Source: Eubacteriales bacterium
GTDB lineage: Bacteria; Bacillota; Clostridia; Oscillospirales; CAG-272
Direction of reading: 5' to 3'
Assembly (NCBI GenBank): GCA_045654725.1
Contig: JAZONX010000030.1
Span: 77,633-141,632 of the forward strand
Length of the DNA: 64,000 bases
The translations under genes and the position numbers were made by a program. Below, one piece after another: positions 18,854 to 26,262 of this stretch. Each line of letters opens with the position of its first letter. The first letter of the stretch is position 1. The notes below the pieces were generated by a model, which saw only the letters and a program-made list of their open reading frames with translations, did no database searches and was not told the origin of the DNA.

Positions 18854-20182
18854 TTAAAAGCCCATTCGGCGACCGAACATTTTTCTCGCATTCTTGCCGG
18901 AGAACTGTTTCATCATCTTTTTCATCTGTTCGAACTGCTTTAGAAGTCTGTTAACATCCTCGACACCAAGGCCGCATCCTTTGGCAATTCTCTTACGGCG
19001 CGAGCCATTGATGATCTCGGGTTTAAGCCTTTCTTCGGGAGTCATAGAGAGTATGATTGCCTCTATTCTCGCCATCTGCTTTTCATCAACCTGAGCATTT
19101 TTGAGTGCGCCTGCATTAAAACCCGGCATCATACCGAGAATTTGATCGAGGTTGCCCATTTTTTTGAGCTGACGCATTTGATCAAGGAAGTCCTCGAGAG
19201 AGAATGTTTGTTCGCGCATCTTCTTTTCAAGCTCACGAGCGTTCTTTTCATCGTAAGCTGCTTCGGCCTTTTCGATGAGAGAGAGAATGTCGCCCATTCC
19301 AAGAATTCGGGATGCCATTCTGTCAGGGTGGAACAACTCGATTGCATCCATCTTCTCGCCCATACCAATGAACTTGATGGGTTTTCCGGTAATATACTTA
19401 ACCGAAAGGGCAGCACCGCCTCGGGTATCACCATCCATCTTTGTAAGAACAACACCGGTAATATCAAGAAGATCGTTAAATGTTTTAGCAACGTTAACCG
19501 CATCCTGACCTGTCATTGCGTCAACGGTGAGCAGAATCTCGGAGGGATTTACATTGGATTTAATCTGAACGAGCTCCTCCATAAGAGCTTCGTCAATATG
19601 AAGTCGGCCGGCGGTATCGATAATAACCATATCGTGGCCGTTCTTTTTAGCATGTTCAACGCCCGCCTTTGCAATCTCTACGGGTGAGATTTTTGTTCCC
19701 AATGAGAAGACAGGAACCTTAACCGAGTCTCCTACTATCTTAAGCTGATCTACCGCAGCAGGTCTGTATACGTCACATGCAACGAGAAGGGGATTCTTGC
19801 TCTTTTGCTTGTACATATTTGCGATTTTTGCCGCGTGAGTTGTTTTACCTGCACCCTGAAGACCAACCATCATAACTACTGTTGGAGGTTTAGGGTTGAT
19901 ATTTATTTTGGGTGTTTCGCCACCCATAAGCTTAATAAGTTCCTCGTTAACGATCTTTACGATCTGCTGAGCAGGAAGGAGACTTTCAAGAACTTCGCTA
20001 CCAACAGCTCGTTCGGTTACGGATTGAGTAAAGCTTTTTACAACCTTAAAGTTAACGTCTGCTTCGAGTAGAGCGAGCTTGACCTCGCGCATACCTTCCT
20101 TGACGTCGGATTCTGTAAGCTTTCCCTTGTTCCTGAACTTTTTAAAGGCGTTCGCAAGCTTATCAGTTAGACTCTGGAACAT
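18854..20182 (-). CDS. ffh: Signal recognition particle protein Ffh
   Basis: GLQGAGKTT, DTAGR and TKMDGD motifs plus a Met-rich M domain. Confidence 0.95.
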   Translation of the reverse strand: MFQSLTDKLANAFKKFRNKGKLTESDVKEGMREVKLALLEADVNFKVVKSFTQSVTERAVGSEVLESLLPAQQIVKIVNEELIKLMGGETPKININPKPPTVVMMVGLQGAGKTTHAAKIANMYKQKSKNPLLVACDVYRPAAVDQLKIVGDSVKVPVFSLGTKISPVEIAKAGVEHAKKNGHDMVIIDTAGRLHIDEALMEELVQIKSNVNPSEILLTVDAMTGQDAVNVAKTFNDLLDITGVVLTKMDGDTRGGAALSVKYITGKPIKFIGMGEKMDAIELFHPDRMASRILGMGDILSLIEKAEAAYDEKNARELEKKMREQTFSLEDFLDQMRQLKKMGNLDQILGMMPGFNAGALKNAQVDEKQMARIEAIILSMTPEERLKPEIINGSRRKRIAKGCGLGVEDVNRLLKQFEQMKKMMKQFSGKNARKMFGRRMGF

Positions 20183-20531
20183 CTTGATTTCCTTTCGTAA
20201 TTACTTCAATTATGCGACGTATTTCGGTCGCCTCGTCGGTGAGTCCGGAGTTGTCAAGTGACAGGCTTATTTTTGAAAGCGCTATAACAGCGGCTTCAAG
20301 TTCCTCGTGCCTTCTCGCTAGCGCAAGATTGTTTTCGAAGAATTCAAGCGACTCCTCACCTTTTTTTATAAGATGACGAACACCCTGTCGTGAGATACCT
20401 TCACCCGATGCAACCTCCGAAAGAGAAAGGTCGTCATCATAGTAAGCTCTCATAACGCTTCGGATATGAGGGTCAAGCAGATCCTCGTAAAAGTCGAGCA
20501 AATATGCAATTCTCATGTCCTTTTCAAACAT
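20163..20531 (-). CDS. ylxM: YlxM (UPF0122) putative HTH protein
   Basis: About 120 aa with a sigma-70 region-4-like HTH (LSLSEVASGEGISRQGV), immediately upstream of and overlapping ffh. Confidence 0.8.
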   Translation of the reverse strand: MFEKDMRIAYLLDFYEDLLDPHIRSVMRAYYDDDLSLSEVASGEGISRQGVRHLIKKGEESLEFFENNLALARRHEELEAAVIALSKISLSLDNSGLTDEATEIRRIIEVITKGNQDVPESN

Positions 20532-20574
20532 AACGAACCATCCTAAGCATTGGTGTAAAGCAAATTACTTTACA

Positions 20575-20603
20575 AGTATAGCATAACAGATCTAGTTTGT
20601 CAA
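20575..20603 (-). promoter_or_regulatory. Sigma-A type promoter for ylxM-ffh operon
   Basis: Minus strand TTGACA, 17 nt, TATACT. Confidence 0.6.
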
Positions 20604-20628
20604 TACCTTTTTTAAAAATATTTTCATA

Positions 20629-20657
20629 TTGACAATTAAATTTTTATATGATATTAT
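20629..20657 (+). promoter_or_regulatory. Sigma-A type promoter for the GNAT gene
   Basis: TTGACA (20629-20634), 17 nt, TATTAT (20652-20657). Confidence 0.6.
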
Positions 20658-20692
20658 TTCTTATAAAGGCAGTAAAATGGTGGGAGGTTTTT

Positions 20693-21133
20693 ATGAATAT
20701 TTTTAAATTTCACGACAGCAAAAATAAAGAGCATTGGATAACTAAAATTCGTGAGTGCGATTGGAGTGCATCTAAATTTCTGGCAGATATTTTAGAGCAG
20801 AATAAAGTGGATGAGATTTTGGGTGGTGGAAATGTATTTCTTTTGGTCGATGGAGATGAGCTTGTCTCGTTCTGCACACTAACAAAAAACGACTGCGTAA
20901 AAGACGATATGCTTTATCCTTGGATTGGCTTCTTGTTTACTTCACCCGCGTATAGAGGGCAAAGATTTAGCGAGCTTGTTATTAACGCGGCATATGATGA
21001 GGCAATAAAACTTGGATATGAGCGCGTTTATCTTGCCACCGATCACATTGGATTCTATGAGAAGTATGGATTTACATATTTGGAGAACAGAATCGATATT
21101 TACAACGAGGATAGCAGAATATATTACAAGTAA
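20693..21133 (+). CDS. GNAT-family N-acetyltransferase
   Basis: Motif A-like RGQRFSELVINAA and a C-terminal FYEKYGF. Start at the ATG 7 nt after GGGAGG. Confidence 0.7.
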   Translation: MNIFKFHDSKNKEHWITKIRECDWSASKFLADILEQNKVDEILGGGNVFLLVDGDELVSFCTLTKNDCVKDDMLYPWIGFLFTSPAYRGQRFSELVINAAYDEAIKLGYERVYLATDHIGFYEKYGFTYLENRIDIYNEDSRIYYK

Positions 21134-21157
21134 AAAGAGGCGCCACGGGGCGCCTCT
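21132..21157 (-). terminator. Intrinsic terminator (convergent GNAT / RHH genes)
   Basis: 9-bp GC-rich stem AGAGGCGCC/GGCGCCTCT with loop ACGG. The A5 on the plus side gives a T-run for the minus-strand transcript. Confidence 0.75.
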
Positions 21158-21163
21158 TAAGCT

Positions 21164-21343
21164 TTATTTTTCAGTTTTGGGAATCTCTTTTCTGCGCTTT
21201 TTGACGCATTCTGTGAGCAAATACTCTATTTGTCCGTTGATGGATCTAAAATCGTCCTCAGCCCACTCCGCAAGAGCATCGTACAGTTTCGCGGACAATC
21301 TCAAAGGTATTTGCTTTTTGCTAGTGTCCTTCGTTTCTTTCAT
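21164..21343 (-). CDS. 59-aa ribbon-helix-helix (Arc/CopG-like) protein, absent from the ORF track (under 60 aa)
   Basis: My translation is MKETKDTSKKQIPLRLSAKLYDALAEWAEDDFRSINGQIEYLLTECVKKRRKEIPKTEK. The IPLRL beta-strand followed by two helices (..RSINGQIEYLL..) is the RHH pattern. It starts 3 nt after the SPFH stop. Confidence 0.55.
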   Translation of the reverse strand: MKETKDTSKKQIPLRLSAKLYDALAEWAEDDFRSINGQIEYLLTECVKKRRKEIPKTEK

Positions 21344-21346
21344 AAA

Positions 21347-22369
21347 TTAATATAAAGAGCCGGAATTAACAATAGGCTGCGCATCCTTATTGCCGCAGAG
21401 TACCACGAGAAGATTGGAAACCATCGCAGCTTTTCTTTCTTCGTCGAGATGGATAGAGTCGTTTTCAGCAAGTCTTTCAAGCGCCATCTCAACCATTCCA
21501 ACGGCACCATCAACAATCATTCTTCTTGCGTCGATAATGGCAGAGGCCTGCTGACGCTGAAGCATGACTGCGGCAATTTCAGGTGCGTAAGCAAGATATG
21601 TAATTCTTGCCTCGAGAATCTCTATTCCTGCTTCATTTACTCTCGACTGAATTTCGCTACGAATTCTCTCTGCGACGATTTCGCTGGATCCACGAAGGCT
21701 ACCTTCATCAGCAATACCGTCACCGGTTGTGTCAACGCCGGGCGCAACGTCGTAAGGATAAATTCTCACTACGTTTCTGAGTGCGCTATCACACTGGAGT
21801 GAAAGGAACTCTTTATAGTTATCTACATTGAAAACAGCAGCAGCGGTATCAACAACTCGCCAAATAACAGCAATTCCGATTTCAACCGGATTTCCGAGGC
21901 AGTCGTTAATCTTCTGACGGCTGTTATTGAGAGTCATGATTTTAAGCGAGATCTTGTTGCTCTCAATGTTAACGTTAACGTTGCTTGATGTACCGTTTTC
22001 GTTTATTGAGAAGATTGATGTGGCCTGCATTACGTCGCCGCTTTGGTTAAGTTTAGTCTTTCCTGCGGGATTGAATGAGGAGGAGAAGGGGTTTACCCAA
22101 TAGAATCCATCCCCCTTTAAGGTGCCTATGTATTTACCGAAGAGTGTAATTACAAGCGCCTCCTGCGGCTTAAGGATCTTAAATCCCGGTATTGGGATCC
22201 AGCAGATACAGAGAAGAGCAATGCCAACAATAAGCATTGTGGAAGGTGCTTCATCAGTACTCGTAACAGCACCCCAAATAACAAGTGCAATTGAAACGAT
22301 GAAAGCAAGGATGGTGAGTATAAGAACGAGCATACCGTTCTTTTTATTGGTTAAAACTTTTTCTTTCAT
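21347..22369 (-). CDS. SPFH/Band-7 domain membrane protein
   Basis: Two N-terminal TM segments, then an SPFH core (ILKPQEALVITLFGKY...), then an Ala/Glu-rich C-terminal helix region. Confidence 0.8.
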   Translation of the reverse strand: MKEKVLTNKKNGMLVLILTILAFIVSIALVIWGAVTSTDEAPSTMLIVGIALLCICWIPIPGFKILKPQEALVITLFGKYIGTLKGDGFYWVNPFSSSFNPAGKTKLNQSGDVMQATSIFSINENGTSSNVNVNIESNKISLKIMTLNNSRQKINDCLGNPVEIGIAVIWRVVDTAAAVFNVDNYKEFLSLQCDSALRNVVRIYPYDVAPGVDTTGDGIADEGSLRGSSEIVAERIRSEIQSRVNEAGIEILEARITYLAYAPEIAAVMLQRQQASAIIDARRMIVDGAVGMVEMALERLAENDSIHLDEERKAAMVSNLLVVLCGNKDAQPIVNSGSLY

Positions 22370-22393
22370 TTCACTTTTATCCTTTCATACATG

Positions 22394-22415
22394 TGATATC
22401 ATAATGATATCATAA
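22394..22415. repeat. Two tandem 11-bp direct repeats TGATATCATAA, each holding the palindrome TGATATCA; candidate operator
   Basis: Exact copies at 22394-22404 and 22405-22415. They overlap the -10 hexamer and the predicted start site of the SPFH-RHH promoter. Confidence 0.6.
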
Positions 22416-22432
22416 TATGTGTTGTTTGTCAA
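22404..22432 (-). promoter_or_regulatory. Sigma-A type promoter for the SPFH-RHH operon
   Basis: Minus strand TTGACA (22432-22427), 17 nt, TATCAT (22409-22404). Confidence 0.6.
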
Positions 22433-22442
22433 TAACTTTTTC

Positions 22443-22571
22443 AAAAAAAGAAAAAGAACCTCCACGCCCCCACGTGTTGGTTCTTCTTGCTGCAATATGT
22501 ACCAATAATCACATGCACGCGTCAATATAATCATCATAAGATTGATGCACCATCAGCGCACACTTTACAGC
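22443..22571 (-). ncRNA. Candidate orphan small transcript of about 130 nt, defined only by promoter and terminator
   Basis: The minus-strand promoter at 22578-22606 and a strong minus-strand terminator at 22443-22486 bracket a segment with no SD-preceded ORF. The terminator stem is AAGAACC..CACG/CGTG..GGTTCTT followed by TTTTTCTTTTTTT. Confidence 0.3.
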
Positions 22572-22577
22572 ATAGTA

Positions 22578-22606
22578 ATTATACACTATCAAATTGAATT
22601 TGTAAA
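22578..22606 (-). promoter_or_regulatory. Sigma-A type promoter of the orphan unit
   Basis: Minus strand TTTACA (22606-22601), 17 nt, TATAAT (22583-22578). Confidence 0.45.
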
Positions 22607-22689
22607 GATGGAATTTTACACAATTTTTTGTGAAAAAGTTTGTTAAAAAAGCAGAAAATATTAAATTGAGAAAAAAATTATAAAAACCC

Positions 22690-22718
22690 TTGACAAAGCG
22701 TAAAATTGGTGTTATAAT
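22690..22718 (+). promoter_or_regulatory. Sigma-A type promoter for infC-rpmI-rplT
   Basis: TTGACA (22690-22695), 17 nt, TATAAT (22713-22718). Confidence 0.7.
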
Positions 22719-22724
22719 ACTACA

Positions 22725-22881
22725 GAAGTTGAAAAACTTTAAAAACAAAGAAGAATTTTCGTTCTCACCATACCACGTGCAGTGAATATGGTTAATACAT
22801 TTTTCTCTCGCAAGAGGGGTATTATGTGCGTACGGAAATTTTTCGTATGCTTTTTTTATTTATTACCGGAGGTACAAAACT
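22725..22881 (+). promoter_or_regulatory. L20-type ribosomal-protein leader with attenuator
   Basis: About 155-nt untranslated leader between the promoter and infC. It contains the terminator-like hairpin GCGTACG/CGTATGC (22828-22850) followed by T7, which matches the Firmicute L20-mediated attenuation arrangement. Confidence 0.55.
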
Positions 22882-23415
22882 ATTAAACCTAACAATTCTA
22901 AGGATATGCTTATCAATGAAGAGATCACTGTTTCCGAGGTTAGGGTCATAGGACCTAACAACGAGCAGGTTGGCATTATGAAAATTGAGGACGCGCAAAA
23001 ATATGCCGATAACAACGGTGTTGACCTTGTCCTTATAGTTCCTAACGCAACTCCTCCTGTTTGTCGCGCTATTGATTACGGCAAGTTCTGCTTTGTGCGT
23101 GATAAGAGAGAGAAGGAAGCTAAGAAAAAGCAGGTGATAGTTAAGGTTAAGGAAATTCAGCTTTCTTGCAGAATTGAGCAGCATGACTTTGATACCAGAG
23201 TTAATCATGCGAAGAAGTTCCTTAGCGAGGGTAATAAGGTAAAGGCGGTTATCCGATTTAAGGGTAGAGAAATGTCTCATACCGAGCTCGGCCGTGATGT
23301 AATACTCAGATTTGAGGAGGCCTGCCGCGAGGCCGGCGTTGCCGAGAAAAAGCCTGTTCTTGACGGAAGATTTATGTCTATCATAATCAGCCCCGTTAAG
23401 CAGGAGAAGAAATAA
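22882..23415 (+). CDS. infC: Translation initiation factor IF-3
   Basis: Conserved INEEI..SEVRVIG N-terminus. The start is placed at ATT 22882, 9 nt after GGAGG; a non-canonical start is the rule for infC. The ORF track starts at ATG 22906. Confidence 0.9.
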   Translation: MKPNNSKDMLINEEITVSEVRVIGPNNEQVGIMKIEDAQKYADNNGVDLVLIVPNATPPVCRAIDYGKFCFVRDKREKEAKKKQVIVKVKEIQLSCRIEQHDFDTRVNHAKKFLSEGNKVKAVIRFKGREMSHTELGRDVILRFEEACREAGVAEKKPVLDGRFMSIIISPVKQEKK

Positions 23416-23460
23416 GTTATTAAAATTGGGGTTGCTCCCCGACAGAAAAGGAGAAATAAA

Positions 23461-23655
23461 ATGGGAAAAATTAAGACACATAAGGCTTCTAGCAAGAGAT
23501 TCTCTCTCACCGGAAGCGGTAAGGTAAAGATGTCCCACAACAATCATCGTCATAAGCTCGGTCTTAAGACCGCAAAGCGTAAGAGAGGTCTTCGCAAGAG
23601 CGCTATTCTTAGCGAAAGCTTTGCACCTACTTACAGAAACCTTATTAACAAGTAA
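23461..23655 (+). CDS. rpmI: 50S ribosomal protein L35
   Basis: MGKIKTHKASSKRF is the canonical L35 N-terminus. Confidence 0.95.
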   Translation: MGKIKTHKASSKRFSLTGSGKVKMSHNNHRHKLGLKTAKRKRGLRKSAILSESFAPTYRNLINK

Positions 23656-23688
23656 TAAGGCAACAGAGAAAATTTGGAGGAATAGAAA

Positions 23689-24042
23689 ATGGCAAGAGTT
23701 AAGGGCGCTATGATGACGCGCAAGAGAAGAAATAGTATTCTTAAGGCTGCTAAGGGTTATTGGGGTTCTAAGTCTAAGCACTTCAAGATGGCTAAGCAGG
23801 CTGTAATGAAGTCCGGTAATAAGGCATTTGTTGGTCGTAAGGAAAAGAAGAGAAACTTCCGTTCTCTCTGGATCGCAAGAATTTCTGCACAGGCAAAGGT
23901 TTGCGGTATGAATTATTCCACACTTATGCACGGTCTCAAGCTTGCAGGTATTGATCTCAACAGAAAGATGCTTGCTGAGATTGCAGTTTCCGATAAGGAA
24001 GCATTTGCTGCTATTTGCGAGAAGGCAAAGGCTGCTCTCTAA
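23689..24042 (+). CDS. rplT: 50S ribosomal protein L20
   Basis: [18 protein letters not shown] is canonical L20. Confidence 0.95.
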   Translation: MARVKGAMMTRKRRNSILKAAKGYWGSKSKHFKMAKQAVMKSGNKAFVGRKEKKRNFRSLWIARISAQAKVCGMNYSTLMHGLKLAGIDLNRKMLAEIAVSDKEAFAAICEKAKAAL

Positions 24043-24051
24043 TATAGATTT

Positions 24052-24092
24052 ACCCGGTTTTCCGTTTCGATGGTCAACCGGGTTTCTTTTTT
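24052..24092 (+). terminator. Intrinsic terminator after rplT
   Basis: Stem ACCCGGTT/AACCGGGT followed by TTCTTTTTT. Confidence 0.75.
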
Positions 24093-24114
24093 AACTAATA
24101 AAGGAAATACAAAT

Positions 24115-24948
24115 ATGTTAATTTTTCAAGATTTAATTTCGAGCAGAAATAATCCGTTGGTTAAATGGGCAGCATCTTTGGCTGATAAAAAGGGGCGCTC
24201 CGAAAACAAGGCATTTCTTGCCGAGGGTGAGAAACTTACTCTTGAGGCTCTCGCCTGTGGCCTGCCAGTTACTCACGTATTTATAATCGAGGGCAAAGAG
24301 AATCGATTTTTGCCATTAGTAAATCAATACAAAGATGACGAACGCTATGAAAAATGTCAGGTTGTCACTTTATCCGAGGGAGCATTTTCAAAGATTTCAA
24401 CAGAAAAAGCACCTCAAGGGATAATAAGTGTTATAAAATATCTTGACTTTTTCCGTAGATTGGATATAATATATAAGGAAGAGTTTTTTATTTCTGAGGG
24501 AGAAAGGGCGCTTGCGCTCTATTCTTTGCGTGATCCCGGCAACCTTGGAGCTGTTATTCGAAGTGCTGTTGCTTTTGGAGTAAACCACATTGTTTTATCG
24601 GATGATTCGGCTGATATCTACAACCCCAAAACTATAAGAGCTGCTATGGGAACAATGTTTAAAGTTAAGATTACAAGCGTTTCCGATTTCGGTTCATTTA
24701 TTTCTGCAGCAAAGGATCACGACCGACGTGTTTATGCCGCAGAGCTTTCCGATGGGGCAAAAAATCTGCGTGACATTGGTGTAAAATCAAACGATATTTT
24801 TATTATAGGCAATGAGGGGCATGGAATTTCAAAAGAAATCTCTTCTGCCTGTACGGGAAGTGTGTATATTCCCATTTCTGCTAACGCTGAATCATTGAAT
24901 GCTTCTGTTGCAGCGGCAGTATTTATGTGGGAACAAAATAATCTTTAA
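24115..24948 (+). CDS. TrmH/SpoU-family RNA 2'-O-methyltransferase
   Basis: SpoU motifs LRDPGNLGAVIR, GNEGHGIS and SLNASVA. The start is taken at the ATG after the rplT terminator. Confidence 0.8.
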   Translation: MLIFQDLISSRNNPLVKWAASLADKKGRSENKAFLAEGEKLTLEALACGLPVTHVFIIEGKENRFLPLVNQYKDDERYEKCQVVTLSEGAFSKISTEKAPQGIISVIKYLDFFRRLDIIYKEEFFISEGERALALYSLRDPGNLGAVIRSAVAFGVNHIVLSDDSADIYNPKTIRAAMGTMFKVKITSVSDFGSFISAAKDHDRRVYAAELSDGAKNLRDIGVKSNDIFIIGNEGHGISKEISSACTGSVYIPISANAESLNASVAAAVFMWEQNNL

Positions 24949-24972
24949 AAACTGTTCTTAGGAGGTAGTTTT

Positions 24973-26232
24973 GTGGATAAATTAATATATTGGATATGGT
25001 TATCCCTCGCGGTTCGTCCGTCGGGAACTACCTTTGGTAAACTTATTAAAGAATATCCGGATGCAAAAGCTATTTACGATGCCGAGGAAAAAAAGATTTC
25101 TTCAATTATTGGTTTCAGAAATTCGGACAGAACAAATCTTGCTGACAAGAATTTGGATCGCCCTAAAGAGATCTACAGTTTCTGCAAGAAGCATAATGTA
25201 GGTATTATTACCTTTGACGACGAGAAATTCCCGAAATCATTACGCGAAATAAGCAATCCGCCCGTTCTTCTTTATTACAGAGGTGTTTTGCCCGATTTTA
25301 ACAATGCCTTGTGTATAGGCGCGGTTGGAACGAGATCTCTTTCGGAGTATGGAAGAAAGCATACTTTTAATATAAGCTACGATCTTGCTACGGCAGGTGC
25401 AACGATTGTATCAGGCATGGCAATAGGCATTGACGGCGTTGCGCTTGCAGGAGCTCTTGCCGCGGGTGGTAAAACCGTAGCGGTACTTGGTAGCGGAATT
25501 GACGTTTGCTATCCTCCGCAACATCTAACTCTTGCGAGAGAAATAGTAAAATCCGGATGTGTACTCACCGAGTATGCTCCGGGCAGTAAGCCCACTAAGT
25601 TTTCTTTTCCATCAAGAAATAGAATTATCAGCGGACTTTCTGCTGCAACTGTCGTTTTTGAGGGGCCTGAAAAGTCGGGAGCATTGATCACAGCACGTTA
25701 TGCAATGGAGCAGGGAAAGGTCGTTTATGCTCTCCCGGCAAACATCGGTGAGAGAAATGGTCAACTTTGTGGTCTGTTGATTAAAAACGGCGCAAAAATC
25801 TGTACCTGCGCCGATGACATTATAAATAATTTTTCAAAGACTCACCCAGCGCAAATCAATCCATTTAACCTTAAGGAAAGACTTCCTGTTGATATGATGG
25901 AGTCATTGAGAGCATATTGTGTATCCGCGGTTTGTCCTAGTGATGATATATTTGTTGCTCCTAGGTCTTACGGACAAAAAAACACAAAATTCAACAACTC
26001 GGATAGTGCTCAGCAGTATGACGAAGAAAGTTGTGTCAAGCCTCCCGAAAGCTTTGACAAATCAGCTCTATCTGTGTATAAAAAAATCCCCATGACCTCC
26101 TCATGCAGTATCGAGTCCTTGGTTAGTGATTCTATGGGACTCCGAGAGGTTATGAAATGTCTTTTAAAGCTAGAGGTTGGAGGATTTATAACCATGCTAC
26201 CCGGTGAGATGGTTGCGCGAAAATTTAAGTAG
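24973..26232 (+). CDS. dprA: DNA processing protein DprA (Smf)
   Basis: DprA Rossmann-like core GMAIGIDGVAL...SGLS...GALITA, GTG start 7 nt after GGAGG, dprA-topA-trmFO synteny. Confidence 0.85.
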   Translation: MDKLIYWIWLSLAVRPSGTTFGKLIKEYPDAKAIYDAEEKKISSIIGFRNSDRTNLADKNLDRPKEIYSFCKKHNVGIITFDDEKFPKSLREISNPPVLLYYRGVLPDFNNALCIGAVGTRSLSEYGRKHTFNISYDLATAGATIVSGMAIGIDGVALAGALAAGGKTVAVLGSGIDVCYPPQHLTLAREIVKSGCVLTEYAPGSKPTKFSFPSRNRIISGLSAATVVFEGPEKSGALITARYAMEQGKVVYALPANIGERNGQLCGLLIKNGAKICTCADDIINNFSKTHPAQINPFNLKERLPVDMMESLRAYCVSAVCPSDDIFVAPRSYGQKNTKFNNSDSAQQYDEESCVKPPESFDKSALSVYKKIPMTSSCSIESLVSDSMGLREVMKCLLKLEVGGFITMLPGEMVARKFK

Positions 26233-26262
26233 AAAGGTTGCAGTTTATCTGCTTAGACATAA

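Noticed and set aside
22509-22748. 79-aa Phe-rich ORF on the minus strand
   Set aside because: It has a TTG start, runs across the infC promoter and starts upstream of the only minus-strand promoter I can see. Its composition reflects AT-rich DNA. I treat the region as a possible small non-coding transcript instead.
22822-23931. 369-aa ORF on the minus strand
   Set aside because: It lies entirely antisense to infC-rpmI-rplT, whose sense products are unmistakable. The translation is low-complexity (L/S/N-rich) and there is no RBS. It is an artefact of codon bias.
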